Below the pieces are notes generated by a model, which did not search any database, was not told the origin of the DNA, and saw only the letters and a list, made by a program, of their open reading frames with translations. The translations under genes and the position numbers were made by a program. Of a stretch of 64,000 bases of DNA, positions 59,847 through 64,000 are shown piece after piece. Within the stretch, counting starts at the first letter, position 1. Each line of letters begins with the position of its first letter. Source of the stretch: the human T2T-CHM13v2.0 reference genome, Homo sapiens; the NCBI GenBank assembly GCA_009914755.4, contig CP086569.2:3936001-4000000 (forward strand), written 5' to 3'.

Positions 59847-60877
59847 CTAGATTTCAGAGAATGTAAGAAAATGCCTGGATGTCCAGGCAGAAGTTTGCTG
59901 CAGGGATCTCTTTTAGGGCAGTGCAAAAGGGAAATGTGGTGTGGGAGCTCCCACACAAAGTCCCCACTAGGCAGCACTGCCTAGTGGAGCTGTTAGAAGA
60001 GGGACACCATATGCCAGACCCCAGAATGGTAGATCCATTGACAGCTTGCACCATGTGCCTGGAAAAGCCACAGACACTCAAAGCCAGCCTGTGAAAGCAG
60101 CCAGAAGCAGGGGGGATGTACTTTGCAAGGTCACAGGGATGAAGGTGCCCAAGGCCATGGGAACCCACCTCTTACATCAGTTTGACCTGGATGTGAGACA
60201 TGGAGCCAAAGGAGATCATTTTGGAGCTTTAAGATTTGACTGCCCCACTGGATTTCGGACTTGCATGGGGCATGTAGCCCCTTCATTTTGGCCAATTTCT
60301 TCTATTTTGAATGAGTGCATTTACCCAATACCTGTACTCCCATTGCATTTAGAAAGTAATACTCAGAAGGGACTTGGCGTGTCTCAGATGAGACTTTGGA
60401 CTGTGGAGTTTTGAGTTAATGCTGAAATGAGTTAAGACTTTGGGGGACTGTCGGGAAGGCATCATTGGTTTTTAAATGTGAGGGCATAAGATTTGGGAGG
60501 GCTTGGGGGCAGAATGATAGGGTTTGGCTGTGTCCCCACCCAAATTTCATGTAAAATTGTAGCTCCTATAATTCCCACGTCCTGGGAGGGACCCAGTGGG
60601 AGGTAATCGAATCATGCGCGTGGATATTTCCCATGCTGTTCTTGTGATAGTAAATAAGTCTCCCAAGAGCTGAATGTTTTATAAAGGGGAGTTCCCCTAC
60701 ACAAGCTCTTTTTGCCTGCCACCATGTAAGACATGACATTGCTCCTGCTTTATTTTCCACCATGATTGTGGGGCCTCCCCAGCCATGTGGAACTGTGAAT
60801 CCATTAAACCTCTTTCCTTTATAAATTACCTTGTCTCAGGTATGTCTTTATGAGCAGTGTAAGAACAGACTAGTACA
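59847..60877 (+). mobile_element. 5'-truncated ERVL-MaLR (THE1/MST-class): 3' about 670 bp of internal region plus 3' LTR (60515-60877)
   Basis: The LTR reads 'tgatagggtttggctgtgtccccacccaaatttcatgtaaaattgtagctcctataattcccacgtcctgggagggacccagtgggaggtaatcgaatcatg...ttcccctacacaagctctttttgcctgccaccatgtaagacatgacattgctcctgctttattttccaccatgattgtggggcctccccagccatgtggaactgtgaatccattaaacctctttcctttataaattaccttgtctcaggtatgtctttatgagcagtgtaagaacagactagtacac'. This is the classic THE1/MST LTR. The upstream 59847-60514 is the reverse-complement homologue of 13494-14200. Confidence 0.9.
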
Positions 60878-62475
60878 CCCTTGATCCAGTTTAATATCTT
60901 TATTTTATAGCTGCAGATACTGAGTCATAAAAGAGAAATTTACCTACATAAAGTCATAAATATATTAGATGAATTTAATAGGACAAATAAGAATTATAAG
61001 ACTATGTTCGAGATGGTTCAAGGCTATTTTCCTAAGTATCTGTACATCTGTGTTCACACATGCAAGAGTGGTGGAGAGTATAAAATCTTGAAACAGACCT
61101 ACTGTGTTCAAATCCAGGATCCATGACTTTGTCAGTCAGGGTTCTATTAGAAAACAAAACCAAGGTTAGATTGAAAGATATGGATGATAGGTAGGAATAG
61201 ATAATAGAGAGAGAGAGATCAATAGATAGATAGACAGTTGGTGGATCTGTTAAAGTATTAATTTTACAATTGTGGGAGCAGGCTATTCTTGCAGCTGATG
61301 CAAGAGCTTGAATCCACAGGATAAGCAGCAGGGAAAGAAAGATAGATGTAAGAAAGATAGATGTCCCAGGAAAAAATTGGGACAGTATGAGGGCAGACTG
61401 AAACCCATGTAAGTCCTCATTGTCTCTGACCTTGATAATGTAGATGTCACACAGAAGCCAGGGCTCTTTGTCATGGAGATAAACATATCACATAGGTTAG
61501 GATTTGGAAAAGTCAAAGGAAAATCCAGGAAATGCTGGAGCCCTTACAGGCTAACTACTGCTTCATGCTAACAAAGTGAGTTTGCAGATCAGCAACAATA
61601 TGTGTAAGAGACAAAACAGCTGCTATTTCCCATCCTTTTTCTAAATCTCTAAAGAATCTCACTTGTGGTCCACTCCATCCAGCAACATAGAGCAAATAAA
61701 TTTATTAGAAATAGAATTCAACCTAGCCAAGTTGGCACATTAGAAAGCCACCACAAAGACTTATAAGCTATGGGTTTTACAGCAAATTAATTAATTTTAA
61801 TATCCTAATCCTTAAAATATTAATAGTAATGATATCAATCACATAGGGTTGTTACAAATGATCAAATGAAATAAGTATGTAAAGAGTATAACACACACGG
61901 TCCCTAGAATATTGTTTATACTACATACATATTAACATAGAGGGTCACAAATTTACTATTACCTAAAAATTTATCTTTGCACTTTCTCTGTAATCAACTC
62001 TAATTTCACTTTCTGCTCGCATAGATGAATACCCTGGTTTTTAGCTAAAATTTTATAGTTAGAAAGACAAAAAGAAAAACATATTAATCCTTTTCAAATT
62101 ATTACCTTATTTTATTTACTTTTTATTAATCATCATTTTATATTACTGCTCTTGCTGTGTGTTATTATGTTGTCATTGTTCTTGTTATTGCCTGAAATGT
62201 CTTCTCTGTTTTTCTGTATTCTCAAAACCTTCCCATTTTTTACATCATCTCTTTCTACTTCTAATGCAGCTTTTCTTCACTGAACTTCCACTTTTCTGAA
62301 CTCATAATCTATATTTATAATGCTTGTCATGCATTATTTCTCCTACACAAATTAGCACTTAGTTGTACACATTCATATATAATTAATTAAGTGACTTGTA
62401 TATATTATTGTTGGATCTTTAACTGAGTTCTAAGTTTCTGGAGGGCAGAAGAAAGTCTAAGATTGCTAGTATTTG

Positions 62476-64000
62476 GGAGGAGGGGCCAAGATGGCCTACT
62501 AAAACAGCTGCCATCTGAGGCTCCCAGCAAGAAGAAGAAAAAGGTGAGTGAATCATGCATCGTCAATTGAGGTATTCAGGTTCTATCATTGGGACTGACT
62601 AGGCAGTTGGTGCAACCAATGGAGAGTAAGGAAAAGCAGGGTGGTACTACGGCTCACCTGGGAACCCACACGGGAAAAGGGGAACTCCCACCCCAGCCAA
62701 GGGAGGCAATGAGTGATTGTGCTACCCTATCTTGGAAACCACACTTTTTTCACAGATTTGTGCAACCCATGGAACAGGAGATCCCTCTCGTGAGCCCACG
62801 CCACCAGGGCTTTGGGTCCCAAGCACAGAGTGGTGCAGATTCTCAGCAGCCACTTGGCTGGAGACTGCCTAAGACTGCTGAGTTCCTGAGGGGAAGGGTG
62901 GCCATTATCGCTGCAGCTGCCTGCTGCCTAAGAAGACTGAGGATCCAGAGAGAGCAGAGGCAGCCATTGCTGCAGTTCCAGTCTGCCACTAGTCTCCTGC
63001 TGGTGCCAGGGAGATTGGACAGTTTGGACCTAGGAGGAATTCCTCACAGTGTAGCACAGCAGCTGTGGAAGATTGTGACAAGACTGTCTCTTTAGGCAAG
63101 ACAGTGACCAATCCCTCCTCACTGGGCGGGGACTCCCTGCAGGAATTTCAGCAAACTCCAGTCAGGGGGTTTAGGGACAGAACTCTCATCTCCCTAGGAC
63201 TGAGCCCCTGCGGGGAGTGGTGGCTGTGGTCTCTATGGATCAGCAGAGTTAGTCTTTCCTCCTGCTGGCTCTGAGGAATCCCAGCAGTCCAGACAAGTGG
63301 GAATCCGCTTGGGGTGCACAGTGCACCCCCTCCACCAAGGAACAGCCAGAGTGCTTCATTAAGCGGGTCCTGAATCCTGTGCCTCCTGACTCAGTGACCC
63401 CCAATAAGAGTCATCAAACATATTATACAGGAGAGTTCCACTGGCATCAGATCGGTGCCCTTCTGGGACACAAATCCAACAGGAAGCAGAAGGCAGCCAT
63501 CTTTGCTGATCTGCCCCCTCCACGGGTGACACCTACAGGTGCAGGAGGGACCCAGACTATAGGGTCTGTAGTGGACCCCCAACAAACCACAGCAGCCCTA
63601 TGGAAAACTGGCGTGACCATTAAAAGAAAAACAAACAAACAGAAAGCAACAACAATAGCATCAACAGAAAAGTCCCCACCCAAAACCCTATCTAAAGGTC
63701 AGCAGCCTCAATCACCAAAGCTACATAAACTCATGACTATGAGAAACAATGAATGAGAAAACATTGCAAACTCAAAAATCCAGAGTCTCTCTTACAAATG
63801 ATCGCAGCACCTCTCCGCAAGGGCACAGAACTGGGCAGATGCTGAGACGGATGAATTGACAGAAGTAGGATTCAGAAGGTGGGTAGTAACAAACTTCACT
63901 GAGCTAAAGGAGTGTGTTATAACCCAATGCAAAGAAGCCAAGAACCATGATAAAACATTACAGGAGCTGTTAACCAGAATAACCAGTTTAGAGAGGACAA
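62476..64000 (+). mobile_element. L1PA/L1PB-type L1, 5' UTR plus start of ORF1, continuing beyond the window end
   Basis: 'gggaggaggggccaagatggcctactaaaacagctgccatctgaggctcccagcaagaagaag...' is the L1PA 5' UTR start ('gggaggaggagccaagatggccgaataggaacagctcc...'). '...gacggatgaattgacagaagtaggattcagaaggtgggtagtaacaaacttcactgagctaaaggagtgtgttataacccaatgcaaagaagccaagaaccatgataaaacattacaggagctgttaaccagaataaccagtttagagagg' is ORF1 N-terminal coiled-coil coding sequence. Confidence 0.85.

Noticed and set aside
62589-63756. ORFs of 168 aa (62589-63095) and 125 aa (63379-63756) near the window end.
   Set aside because: Both lie inside L1 5' UTR sequence (62476 onwards). L1 5' UTRs are GC-rich and regularly throw up spurious ORFs, and there is no coding homology.

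Overview
This window is hominoid (human-type) nuclear DNA, not a prokaryotic locus. It is an AT-rich, gene-poor stretch with no protein-coding exon, RNA gene, CRISPR array or operon that I can support from the sequence. By my rough tally from the coordinates below, about 55-60% of it is interspersed repeats, many nested inside one another.

The elements I can recognise are:
- six Alu copies, three with clear target-site duplications;
- at least a dozen L1 fragments of several ages and both orientations, including a near-full-length older L1 at 40121-45900 and L1 5' UTR sequence running off the window end;
- a full-length ERVL-MaLR element (THE1/MST-like, LTR-internal-LTR) at 13069-15526 inserted into L1 ORF2;
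- an ERV-L provirus on the minus strand at 19703-25345 with gag/protease/RT/integrase/dUTPase remnants, a tRNA-Leu primer-binding-site remnant and an MLT2-type 5' LTR;
- a solo MLT2 LTR and three solo HERV-H LTR7-family LTRs, all LTR7 copies in the same orientation;
- a Tigger1 DNA transposon at 36472-46240 that has been invaded by an Alu, an SVA and an L1 (which itself carries an Alu);
- MIR fragments and several microsatellites.

Most long ORFs in the six-frame track are translations of these transposon bodies (L1 ORF1p/ORF2p, ERV-L pol, Tigger transposase) or of low-complexity tracts. The observations most worth a second look are the nested insertion chronology in Tigger1, the hominoid-specific SVA, the cluster of three LTR7 promoters, an inversion-like L1/ERV-L arrangement, and a young Alu with a perfect 18-bp target-site duplication. 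I see no evidence of a novel system here. Regions not listed as features (for example 1-2875, 3400-6650, 7000-9600, 46240-50400, 57400-59800) are AT-rich DNA with no pattern I could classify by eye; they may contain ancient repeats or conserved non-coding elements.
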